Below, in pieces: positions 48,415-57,327 of a stretch of 64,000 nucleotides of DNA (the first letter of the stretch is position 1; each line of letters opens with the position of its first letter). The stretch is from a virus. The translations under genes and the position numbers were made by a program. The DNA is taken from the IMG/VR virus record IMGVR_UViG_3300043446_004967, positions 1 to 64,000 of that record, one strand, 5' to 3'. The notes under the pieces were generated by a model. That model was not told the DNA's origin. It did not search any database and was given only the letters and a program-made list of their open reading frames with translations.

Positions 48415-48618
48415 CTACCGCGCGCTGTCCCCGCAGAAATGGGCGCGCACCGCCGCGTCCTTAGCCTCCAAAAGCTTCCGTAACGCGACCGAACGCTCTT
48501 CGCAATCATGTACGTTGGCCGCGACCCAGTGCGCGACCTCGCAAAATTGAGCAGAAATGCGCTGCGCGGGCGTCTCCAAGTGTTTATAGACGAAAAAACG
48601 AAGGATCTCGGTGGACAT
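48415..48618 (-). CDS. Small helical-hairpin protein, possible Acb2/Tad1-like nucleotide-signal sponge
   Basis: 67 aa, FFVYKHL...ERSVALRKLLEAKDAAVRA. Confidence 0.55.
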   Translation of the reverse strand: MSTEILRFFVYKHLETPAQRISAQFCEVAHWVAANVHDCEERSVALRKLLEAKDAAVRAHFCGDSAR

Positions 48619-48670
48619 TTTGTAGCCATTTTTAGGTGAAAAATCCCGTGCGGGCGGCCTAATTATAGAC

Positions 48671-48810
48671 CAAAAATCGCCAAAAATCGCCAAAAATCGC
48701 CAAAAATCGCCAAAAATCGCCAAAAATCGCCAAAAATCGCCAAAAATCACCAAAAATCACCAAAAATCGCCAAAAATCGCCAAAAATCACCAAAAATCGC
48801 CAAAAATCGC
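48671..48810. repeat. 14 x 10-bp tandem repeat CAAAAATC(G/A)C
   Basis: 11 copies of CAAAAATCGC and 3 of CAAAAATCAC. Confidence 0.98.
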
Positions 48811-49012
48811 CAAAAAAAACCCGTTTTCAAAAATTTTACCCAAAATTTTTAGAGGGTTAGCAGCGTAGGGGCCCCTCTCGGCCTTCCCGGTTTTTTGGGA
48901 GGAGGGGAGGGGATAGATTTGTAATTATAAAAACGTATCTGCTACTTGATAGCCATAATTCCATAGATTTAATTGTATTGGGCACAAAAAAAGGCGCCGA
49001 AGCGCCGATTTT

Positions 49013-49426
49013 TTATGATTTTTTCCGGGCGTAGGCCACCCTGCTGGTGAAGCCCGGCGGCAACACCACGGAAACGCGGGCGCCTTCCACGCCTTCCGCG
49101 TACTCCGCAAGGCGTGCCATAGCGTCAAGCACGGCGTTAGCGCTTTTATGCGCGTCGCCGGTATCTGCCGGAGCAAAACCCTTCGCGTCTAACACCGGTG
49201 TTTCTTTTGGTCCTTTGACAAGTTTTAATAAAGGCTTATCGCCTATGACTTCGCCCGGCCGCGCAATGCGAATTGCCGGAGCGAAGCGATTTTGTAACGC
49301 TTCCTTAGCGTTTTGTTTCGCTGTTTCCTTAATCTTTTCTTTTGAATTTGTCACAATGTCAAACACATGTACCGCCATAGCGGCAACTCCGCACGCTAGG
49401 GCGGTGATTATCACTTCGCTTATCAT
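49013..49426 (-). CDS. Hypothetical protein with N-terminal TM helix
   Basis: AAGGT RBS, hydrophobic N-terminus. Confidence 0.65.
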   Translation of the reverse strand: MISEVIITALACGVAAMAVHVFDIVTNSKEKIKETAKQNAKEALQNRFAPAIRIARPGEVIGDKPLLKLVKGPKETPVLDAKGFAPADTGDAHKSANAVLDAMARLAEYAEGVEGARVSVVLPPGFTSRVAYARKKS

Positions 49427-49451
49427 TTTATTTACCTTTTTTTAGTTGTTT

Positions 49452-49475
49452 GAGATGTTTCACGTGAAACATCTC
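49452..49475. promoter_or_regulatory. parS: Perfect parS consensus TGTTTCACGTGAAACA (49456-49471) within a 24-bp palindrome
   Basis: GAGA-TGTTTCACGTGAAACA-TCTC, intergenic. Confidence 0.75.
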
Positions 49476-49483
49476 TTTTTTTG

Positions 49484-50080
49484 TTAAACGGTTGCGGGCG
49501 CCCTCTTAGCGGCGGGCGCGCGCGGTCGGATGGGCTTTTTTGCTGCAACCGGCGCGGCCGGCTTAGGCGGTTGATATATTTTTAGTTCGTTTTGTGGGGA
49601 TTGCTCCCACGTTTTTACATCTTCGTTAAGCTCAAATGTTAACGCATGTTGCGTCAACATAAATCGTGCGCCCGGGTTTATCGCTTCGGACGGCGTGGCT
49701 TTTTCCGGCGTAATAAATTTATGATGTATTAAATAATTTAGCACGCCTGCATCTAGGCCGAACGCGCGCTCAACAATTTTACCATTTTTTAGCGTTACTT
49801 TAACTTCTCCGAAGCGCGGAAAGTACGCTTCGCCGAAGGCGTTCCGAAGAACGCTCAGCGCCGCTTGGTTGCGCGGCGTAAGCGTGGCGCCCGCGTGTTC
49901 CGCCGTGGCGTACTTTACCGGCGTTACGGTTCTGTTATTTTTCGAGGCGTGGGGGTTTGGCTTTGAAACTACCCCGGAATCGCCGGCGTAGCACGTCGGT
50001 ATGCACGGAAGGGCGTTCCCGTTCATTTTCGCTACGCAGGCGGCGCGCGTTAAGACTTCGCGCATATTGCTTCTTTTCAT
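49484..50080 (-). CDS. Hypothetical early protein
   Basis: Directly downstream of promoter copy 1. Confidence 0.7.
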   Translation of the reverse strand: MKRSNMREVLTRAACVAKMNGNALPCIPTCYAGDSGVVSKPNPHASKNNRTVTPVKYATAEHAGATLTPRNQAALSVLRNAFGEAYFPRFGEVKVTLKNGKIVERAFGLDAGVLNYLIHHKFITPEKATPSEAINPGARFMLTQHALTFELNEDVKTWEQSPQNELKIYQPPKPAAPVAAKKPIRPRAPAAKRAPATV

Positions 50081-50284
50081 TTTCTTAGCTCTTTGGTTTG
50101 TGCTTTTCTGGTAACCCGAATATATTCCCCTCTTCGTCTCTTGTCAAGAGACAAAATGCGCTAGCGTGTCGTATTATATTGTATTGTATTGTGTCGCCCG
50201 CGCCCTGCATTTTGTCTCTTGACAAGAGACGCGCCGGCGTGTATTGTAGGGGAGTCAAACGAAACAAACAAAGGAGAATTTAAA

Positions 50285-50458
50285 ATGATGATAAACCAAG
50301 AGATTATTAACTCACTCGCCGCATGCGTGCAAGAATTGCACGCGGCAGGCGCCCGCGCGGCATATGATAGTATGCTAAAAATATATGAAGAAGCGTGTCG
50401 CCGGTACGCGGCGGGCGAGCCGGCCAGTGCCGACATGCTGGCGATTTTGGAAGCATAA
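50285..50458 (+). CDS. Small hypothetical protein
   Basis: AAGGAG RBS behind the divergent promoter copy. Confidence 0.65.
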   Translation: MMINQEIINSLAACVQELHAAGARAAYDSMLKIYEEACRRYAAGEPASADMLAILEA

Positions 50459-50494
50459 AACAAATCTTTTTTGCAAGAAATTGCAGAAAAGGGC

Positions 50495-50523
50495 TTGACC
50501 ACCGTTCCCGTCTCCGGTATAAC
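50495..50523 (+). promoter_or_regulatory. sigma70 promoter without an obvious downstream gene
   Basis: TTGACC-N17-TATAAC. Confidence 0.55.
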
Positions 50524-50867
50524 TTAGATATCAGAGACGGGAAACGGAGAGAAAAAACAAAAACCGAAAAAAAACAGGCTGACACCCGGGAAGGGCGGGG
50601 GGTAAAATAAAAATACCAAAAAAGGCGGAAGCTCGGGCTTCTCGGACAGGCTCGACGATAATCACAAACTTATGGGAAAATGGGGACGGTCGGCTCGCCC
50701 TTAGTCCGGACCTGCCAAGGGGGTACTCCGCCCGGCGCAGCAGGGGTGGGGGCTACTATACTACTAGCCGAAGCGCCGTCTACTATTTACTATTTACTAT
50801 CTACTACTAGAAAAAGTCCCGTTTACTATCCGAAACCACAATTTACTATACTATTAGGGGAATTAAT

Positions 50868-50892
50868 AAAAGAAAAGGCCCGTTATGGGCCT
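50868..50892 (-). terminator. Rho-independent terminator
   Basis: AGGCCC/GGGCCT stem plus T-tract after the stop at 50898. Confidence 0.7.
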
Positions 50893-50897
50893 ACTCC

Positions 50898-51434
50898 TTA
50901 ATCCGTTTGCGTTACAATGTCCAGAATCTTTAACACTTGGGCTTGCGTTAATTTCCGCAATTCTAATGCACATCCAGTGTCCGGCGTGCCGGCGTATCCT
51001 TTAATAGTAATCTCCCTATCCTTACCCCCACGGGCGATAAATTCCCTCCCGACGGCCTCTAGGCCATACCGTGAGGCAATATCTGCCGCTATTGTGCGGA
51101 GGTATTCCGCCCTCTTTTGCTCTTCCTCATTTTTCTTTTTGGCGGCAATAAATGCCTCCGTGTATCCGTCTAATAGACGGCGTTTTAACTCCCGGGCAAT
51201 TTGTGCCGAGGGTTTTGTTGAAGATATATTTATACTCTTATTATCTCTTAGTATATGTGAAATCGTAGACTCAAATATTATATGTCGCCCTCTGTCGCAC
51301 GCTTCAACAATCGCGCCCTCCGCGTTCTTTATATAAAAAAGATACGCGCTCTTTGTATTTTTTTCATCTATCTCCCATCCGTCGGGAGACAATCGGTTTA
51401 AGTCTTCACATACTGATCGCAACAAAGCTCTCAT
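50898..51434 (-). CDS. Hypothetical early protein (paralog of 52599-53264)
   Basis: Own promoter and RBS; SINISSTKPSAQIARELKRRLL. Confidence 0.75.
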   Translation of the reverse strand: MRALLRSVCEDLNRLSPDGWEIDEKNTKSAYLFYIKNAEGAIVEACDRGRHIIFESTISHILRDNKSINISSTKPSAQIARELKRRLLDGYTEAFIAAKKKNEEEQKRAEYLRTIAADIASRYGLEAVGREFIARGGKDREITIKGYAGTPDTGCALELRKLTQAQVLKILDIVTQTD

Positions 51435-51592
51435 TGTCTTATCCCCTTTTTTTTCTGATACCTCGAATATATTCCCTTTTTCGTCTCTTGTCAAGAGACA
51501 AAAATGGGGAATCTTGCAAAAAATTGCAGGAGTAAACTACTACAATAGGCTATAATAGGGCACAAATTACTATACTATCCATACACATGCTA

Positions 51593-51618
51593 AAAGAAAA
51601 GGCGCGTTAAGCGCCTTT
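51593..51618 (-). terminator. Rho-independent terminator
   Basis: AAAGGCGC/GCGCCTTT stem plus T-tract. Confidence 0.7.
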
Positions 51619-51621
51619 CCC

Positions 51622-52179
51622 TTAATCCCGGAAAATCATCTCGTATCCGGGCGTTGGCTCGTTAGCTTCCTCTACCAAGCTAAACCCGTTATCAAACACG
51701 GCCCGAAACACTGGTTTATAAGCTATTCCCGGGTAATAACTGACGTACCCTGTATGTTCTACCCGAATGACGTGCAGAAAAGTGTTACCTTTTTTGTCAA
51801 AGATTTTATCCCCCACGCGAAAGCGTGGTTGCATCCGCTCAAGTAATAACATACTCCGGGCTAACGCGTGAAATTTTGTCCCTGTTTGTACAATACGTGC
51901 GTCTCGCTCGCTGCATTTAAGTACATGTTGCTGTATCTCGTAAACAGCGCGTTGACACTCTCCCACAGTAGCGGAAGCTACTTTAGCCATTTTCCCTATG
52001 ACAGGCTCGAAGGCGATAGCGATAAACCTATCAACGCGCCACCAAAGGCGCTTTGCTTCTTCGTATTCTTCCGCATGGGTATCTTCCGTGCGAAAAAGAT
52101 GCTCCATCATTAATAATCCTTCCAAAAAAGGAGAAAGTGTCTGAAGCTCTCGTTTTATTTTTTCTCTATTGTTAGTCAT
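51622..52179 (-). CDS. Hypothetical early protein
   Basis: Own promoter, AAGGAG RBS. Confidence 0.75.
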   Translation of the reverse strand: MTNNREKIKRELQTLSPFLEGLLMMEHLFRTEDTHAEEYEEAKRLWWRVDRFIAIAFEPVIGKMAKVASATVGECQRAVYEIQQHVLKCSERDARIVQTGTKFHALARSMLLLERMQPRFRVGDKIFDKKGNTFLHVIRVEHTGYVSYYPGIAYKPVFRAVFDNGFSLVEEANEPTPGYEMIFRD

Positions 52180-52598
52180 TGTCTTATCTCCTTTTTCTTT
52201 CGATACCCCGAATATATTCCCTATTTCGTCTCTTGTCAAGGGACAAAATAGGGAATCTTGCAAAAAATTGCAGGAGTAAATTACTACAAAGCACTACACT
52301 ATACCGCCCGCCAACCACGTTAAATTTACTATACTATTCGTCACTTACGTTACTAGCCGACACTATGGCTATGTATAATTTACTATACTATCCTGCCGAT
52401 TACTATACAAAAATCTACTATAAAGTAACTCAATAAACCGCCTACTATTTACTATCTACTATTCCCGTTTACTATTTACTATCTACTATTTGCTAGCTAA
52501 ACCTACTATACTATTAGCCAAGCCGAAAAGAGCCAAGGAAGGCCAAGGAGCGCGTCCCCTAGCCTTCCGCTACCCGTGTAGCCTGTAGCCCCTGCGGG

Positions 52599-53264
52599 CT
52601 ACGCTACGAGCCTAATATTGGCCTTAGCGGCGGCTTCCAACCTGCCCGCTCGTAAAAATTGTAACACTGCCGTCGATTCCTCAACAGTTAAGTCTGTTAG
52701 GGTTAAACTCACCTCCGCAGGGGAATCCTTATCCGCGTTAACCTCAATAGTTGCAGGTACTCCCGGGATAAAAGCCCTGCGTTCCGGGGAAGGCTTGTAC
52801 CGGCAGTCCACCGCATAAGTATGAATCTTTTTCGTATAGCTATTTACGGGGTTCCCCGTTAGCGCGGTAAACTTGGCGTAAGCCTCGTTCACAACTTGCT
52901 CCCGCCGCGCGTTAGCGTCGCAGCTGGCTTTAGCTTGTTTAAACCAAGCTAAATATTCCGGTAATAACCGGCGGGAAATTTCCGACGCTACCGCCTTAGC
53001 GTCGCGATCATACCCCACGTTAATGCTTTTCGTAGGGTTGCCACCCAAATAATCTTTTGGGACACATCCGGATATCCGCCAAGGCTTCCCGAAGCGGTAT
53101 GAAATAAATAGTTCCGCCCCTTCGGGACTAATCAACGTCCCCCGTAAAAGCCAGTCCACAAACGGCGTTTCACCCGGCCTCCAGCCGGACCCCAAAGCGT
53201 TGCAAACATTCTGTAATTTTGTTTTAAACTCGCAAAACGTCTCTGCGTCGAAAGAGTCTTTCAT
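52599..53264 (-). CDS. Hypothetical early protein (paralog of 50898-51434)
   Basis: Own promoter; SINVGYDRDAKAVASEISRRLL. Confidence 0.75.
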   Translation of the reverse strand: MKDSFDAETFCEFKTKLQNVCNALGSGWRPGETPFVDWLLRGTLISPEGAELFISYRFGKPWRISGCVPKDYLGGNPTKSINVGYDRDAKAVASEISRRLLPEYLAWFKQAKASCDANARREQVVNEAYAKFTALTGNPVNSYTKKIHTYAVDCRYKPSPERRAFIPGVPATIEVNADKDSPAEVSLTLTDLTVEESTAVLQFLRAGRLEAAAKANIRLVA

Positions 53265-53338
53265 GCCGGTCTCTCCTTTGTTTGTCTGGTAATCCGAATA
53301 TATCCCTTTTAGTGTCTCTTGTCAAGGGACACTTTGCC

Positions 53339-53818
53339 CTATTTATACCAATAATACCCGCAGTCTACGTCCGCGTCCACGACATCAGGTGCTCCCTCCG
53401 CTCCGGCGGCTTTTGCCGTCAATAGCTCATTCGCAAGGCGCACCAATTCAGCGCGGTGACTCGCCGCCTCTGCGTGTGCCCCCCACCATAGACCTAACTT
53501 CTCCAGTTCTGCGGGCAGAACGGCCACGTAAGGGCGGATAAGCTGGAAGAACATCCAACTAAGGGTGCCACGCGCATCGCCTACGGCGCGGCTAAATGCT
53601 ACTTCAAAAGCCCACGAGATTGTCGGCATCCCAAAGCTTTTTACGTAAAAACGGTCTAAGACCCCCTCAAGCAGGGGCAGGCACGCCTTAACCATTTGGG
53701 CTATGCCGTACTCTTTCTTTACGGCAGGCGGTAAGATTCGCATTGCCAATATGCAGTGCGCGTGCAGAATAGCGCAATTCCGCGCCATATCATGGAAATT
53801 GTCCCGAAAATCCGTCAT
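53339..53818 (-). CDS. Hypothetical protein
   Basis: ORF with AAGGG RBS. Confidence 0.65.
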   Translation of the reverse strand: MTDFRDNFHDMARNCAILHAHCILAMRILPPAVKKEYGIAQMVKACLPLLEGVLDRFYVKSFGMPTISWAFEVAFSRAVGDARGTLSWMFFQLIRPYVAVLPAELEKLGLWWGAHAEAASHRAELVRLANELLTAKAAGAEGAPDVVDADVDCGYYWYK

Positions 53819-53904
53819 AAAATAACTTACCCTTTTATTAGTATTGTCACAAAGGTTCCCCCCGGAAAAATAATTTTCGAGGGAATCAAGTTAGTTTCCC
53901 GCAA

Positions 53905-54357
53905 TTATTTGCAGTAAGCGGGGAGCCGCCCGTTAATCGGGCGATACGCGTGAATTAGTTGATAAAAGAAGTCATCTTCCGCGAGGTCGAAAACCCCCCG
54001 CAGATGAGACGGGGTTTGCGCCGGATAAGGCGCGTCGTTAATTAACCGCGCCGAACGATACGGCCTAACCTTTCTACGCCCCGCCACCGGCACGAGGCCG
54101 ATACGTACAGCTTCGCCGGTGAGGCTGACGCCATACCCGGCCGCCCGAATAACCTCCGCCTCCCTGCGGAAAATTTCCCGCACGATACGCGCGGGCCTTA
54201 GGGCAGGAGAACGCCCCGTTAACTCAAGATAGATACTTCCCCATACGGGGAGGCGAGCCTCCACCGCCGAAAGTCTAAAGGTGCGCTGCCGATTCAAGCA
54301 GCGCAGATATTCCCAATAGGATTTCTCCTTCTTTTCATTATCAGATGATAAAGACAT
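53905..54357 (-). CDS. Hypothetical early protein
   Basis: Own promoter, GGGAG RBS. Confidence 0.7.
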   Translation of the reverse strand: MSLSSDNEKKEKSYWEYLRCLNRQRTFRLSAVEARLPVWGSIYLELTGRSPALRPARIVREIFRREAEVIRAAGYGVSLTGEAVRIGLVPVAGRRKVRPYRSARLINDAPYPAQTPSHLRGVFDLAEDDFFYQLIHAYRPINGRLPAYCK

Positions 54358-54543
54358 TTTATCTCCCTTTTTTCTGATAACCCGAATATATTCCCTTTTT
54401 CGTCTCTTGTCAAGAGACAATTAGCCTACCGGAACCAGTAGGCGAGACTACCCTCTTTCTTACGTAAGGTTGTTACAGACGTCCCCCCCCCCGGAAAAAT
54501 AATTTTCGAGGGAATAAGGTGCGCGCTGCAATTATTGCAGAGC

Positions 54544-54939
54544 TTACCCAATATACTCCCACCCCAGCCAAAAATGGGCGCAGTCATCCGCTAGCGGACT
54601 CTCGGAATAATTCAACTTGATTCCGCACGCCTTAAACAGCGCCCGACGTCGGGCGTGCAAGGTGTAGTGTGACTCCGGGTATATGATCACAATGTCATGA
54701 TATGCCGGGGCGCAGTCGTCACGGTGGCACTGCGCCACCTTTGCCGTTAAGTGAAAAATAGTTACAGGGGCCTCCTGTAACGAGTCCGTGAAGTCAAATT
54801 TGACTTCAATCCTAGGGACCAGCGAACCCGCTTGGCCCACGCTGCCGAAAGAGAGCGTGGCCGCACGCCCCCCAAAAACGGGAGTTAGGCGAAGATGCTC
54901 CTCGCCAAAAATAAACCGCCCTGCGTCGATCCCCGGCAT
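54544..54939 (-). CDS. Hypothetical early protein
   Basis: Own promoter, AGGT RBS. Confidence 0.65.
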   Translation of the reverse strand: MPGIDAGRFIFGEEHLRLTPVFGGRAATLSFGSVGQAGSLVPRIEVKFDFTDSLQEAPVTIFHLTAKVAQCHRDDCAPAYHDIVIIYPESHYTLHARRRALFKACGIKLNYSESPLADDCAHFWLGWEYIG

Positions 54940-56585
54940 ATTGTACCTACCTGCTAATGTTTGTTTGTCTGGTAACCCGAATCTACCTTTTATCGTGTCT
55001 CCCGTCAAGAGACAAAATAAAAAACCCTCAAAAAAAATGCGGGCGAAGAAACGCGAAGGGTATACTCATAGTAAGTCAGTGATAGTTGGACCCCGGAAAA
55101 ATAATTTCCGCCGAAACGGCCGCCCCCGGATAAATAATTTCTACTATACTATCGTACAATACCACGTAATAAAATACCCGCCGACCCGCCGCAAGTTCTT
55201 GCAATATAACCTGCTATAAGACACCTTCGCATCCCGCAATGTAATTTACTATACTACCCCATAATGGGCGACAACCGCCCCTAACCCGATTTACTATCTA
55301 CTATCCGTAAAACCAATTTACTATCTACTATTTGAAAATCCCGTCTACTATTTGGAAATAAAATACCGTCTACTATCACGCAATCCAATTTACTATCTAC
55401 TATTTGGGGCCGCAAATTCTTGCAGAAAATAGGGAAAAAGGGCTGCAATAACTTGCAAAAAATGCTTAGATAAAGGCCCGGCTAAGGTAAGATTGGCCTT
55501 TCTGCAAGAAATTGCAGGCACAAAAAAGGGCAAAAAAAGGGGCAAAACAGAGCTGCAATAACTTGCAAAAAATAGGAAAAGCGGGCAAGATGAGGCTCTG
55601 CAAATTCTTGCAGGACCGCAAAACAAGGCAAAAAGGGCCGCAATTTCTTGCAGAAAAGGGCCGCAATAACTTGCAAAAAATACCCAAAACAGCCCTTTTG
55701 ATGACCTTCTCCCCGATAGGAGAATCCGCTAAACCCCCTTTTGATGACCTCCGCTCCGATAGGCGAAAACGCCCCGGTACCCCCAAAACAGGCGAAAACA
55801 GGCCCAAAAGTGCCAAAACTAGGGCAGATTGAGCGAATCTGCTATGGTTTTGGGTCGGATTTGGGTCGAATTTACCCCCGATTTACCCCGAATATTCCGT
55901 CTAAAGATAACTTCTCTCTTAGTAGGTATCTTGGGTATCTTGGTTGTAGTTGGACCCCGGAAAAATAATTTTCGTTTTGTTGGCCCGGAAAAATTGCCGT
56001 TTATTGCCGTTTATTGCCGTTTATTGCATGTTATTGCAAGAACGCGCAGGGGATCCAAAAGGGATTGAGAAGGTATTGAGGGAGAGGGGTATAGGTAACG
56101 TAGGGTATCTAGGGGAAGTGTGGCCCCGGAAAAATAATTTCGTAAAAGAACCCCGCAATAATATGCAGTAGTAGGTAATAACGTGAAGTACGGGAGGAGG
56201 TAACGGACGGGTATAGGTAGGGGAAGTGTGGCCCCGGAAAAATTAAACGCAAAATATTGCGGATACAAAAAAGCCCCGACACCGATCGACGATACCGAGG
56301 CTTTCAAAATAACGGGAACCCGGCCCCCCTACCTCCCCTTAGGAAACGGAGGAAATTGCAAATCATGCAGACGCGACACTTTCGCGTCAACCCGCCTTAT
56401 CGCCCAAAAAAGCATTAACCAATTTAGAAAATTTAATAAATCGGCGTAATGGGTAAAGAACGCCGCTACGTCTTTTAATAAATCAGCCATGCTTTACAAG
56501 CCCTCAAAGTAAAAATGTAAAATATACACAGTAATGCTAATCAGCATTACCAAAATAACCCCTGCCTCCGGAGTCATTAAAAACA

Positions 56586-56870
56586 TTATAACAGCATCCC
56601 CCAAAAAAAGTCAAAGGCCACATGCCTTCGGTACATCGGACCCTTCTTTACCTCCGCCGTACCCTTGAAAAACGTGAGAAGCGGCGCCGCTTTGGTATCC
56701 TCCCCTAAATAAACCCGAGTCTCCGAGGACTCATCCATAATCGCCGCGACCCGTGTAAAATAGGGCACCGCCTCAGACACAAATGAGCCGCGCCTAAACA
56801 CAACGCCCGTATCATGAGCCTGTCCGTTACGGTCGTAGGTGCGCCACAGGTAAGAAATATACTCTCTCAT
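56586..56870 (-). CDS. Hypothetical protein
   Basis: ORF with RBS. Confidence 0.55.
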   Translation of the reverse strand: MREYISYLWRTYDRNGQAHDTGVVFRRGSFVSEAVPYFTRVAAIMDESSETRVYLGEDTKAAPLLTFFKGTAEVKKGPMYRRHVAFDFFWGMLL

Positions 56871-57327
56871 ATACCCGCCTTAGTCCCCAGAAGACGTTAT
56901 CACTAACGCGCCTAATACCAAAAACGGCACAAAAACAATCAAAATCTTTACCGTTTCCATAAAAAGCTACCCCTTCCATAAAATTTTAATAAACACACAT
57001 AGGAAACCTAAGAAAGGCAGCATTCTAACCTCTTTTATTGTTAAAAGATTAATTAAAAGACTAGGCAACCTCAGAGCACGTACCACACTGGCATAGGCCC
57101 TGCCCGTCAAAACGGAACTGGGCGAAACGCCCGCCTCTACACGGGCGCCCGCTGAGGTATACAGCACGGCAGCCTCTTTTTCGTCGGCTAATACCCCAAA
57201 ACTACACCTTTTAGTGTCGCTTGTCGAGGGACAAAACAACGCACCCCTAAAAGAAACTGTGGTCAATCTGCTACGGTTTTTTGCCGCGAGGGGTAGCGGC
57301 CACACACATACCCGCCAAGGTGGCCGC

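Larger units (their letters stand above)
50750..55405 (+). repeat. Clusters of co-oriented TACTAT repeats in intergenic spacers
   Basis: Dense at about 50750-50855, 51535-51580, 52280-52515 and 55140-55405 (e.g. TTTACTATCTACTAT). Confidence 0.85.
53860..56248 (+). repeat. Dispersed direct repeat CCCCGGAAAAATAATTT
   Basis: Perfect at 53860, 54489, 55091, 55955, 56124; variants near 55124, 55984, 56232. Confidence 0.88.
50473..56260. repeat. Dispersed GCAA-N4-TTGC palindromes (13 copies)
   Basis: 50473, 51516, 52260, 53901, 55191, 55412, 55445, 55504, 55555, 55600, 55640, 55663, 56249. Confidence 0.85.
50119..57232. promoter_or_regulatory. Family of 8 sigma70-type promoters with the palindrome GTCTCTTG(T/A)CAAGAGAC over the -35 box
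   Basis: Palindromes at 50136, 50214 (+), 51483, 52228, 53314, 54402, 54997 and 57216 (degenerate); consensus TTGACA-N17-TATATT. Confidence 0.88.

Noticed and set aside
48619-48753. N-terminal extension IFGDFWRFLA of the 48415 ORF
   Set aside because: Translation of the 10-bp tandem repeat; the ATG at 48618 is more plausible.
55393-56449. Short ORFs in the repeat hub
   Set aside because: Low-complexity translations of repeats on both strands without convincing RBS.
48671-57232. CRISPR array or integron interpretation of the repeats
   Set aside because: No constant repeat with 25-45 bp unique spacers, no cas or integrase gene, and the long repeats match promoter consensus.
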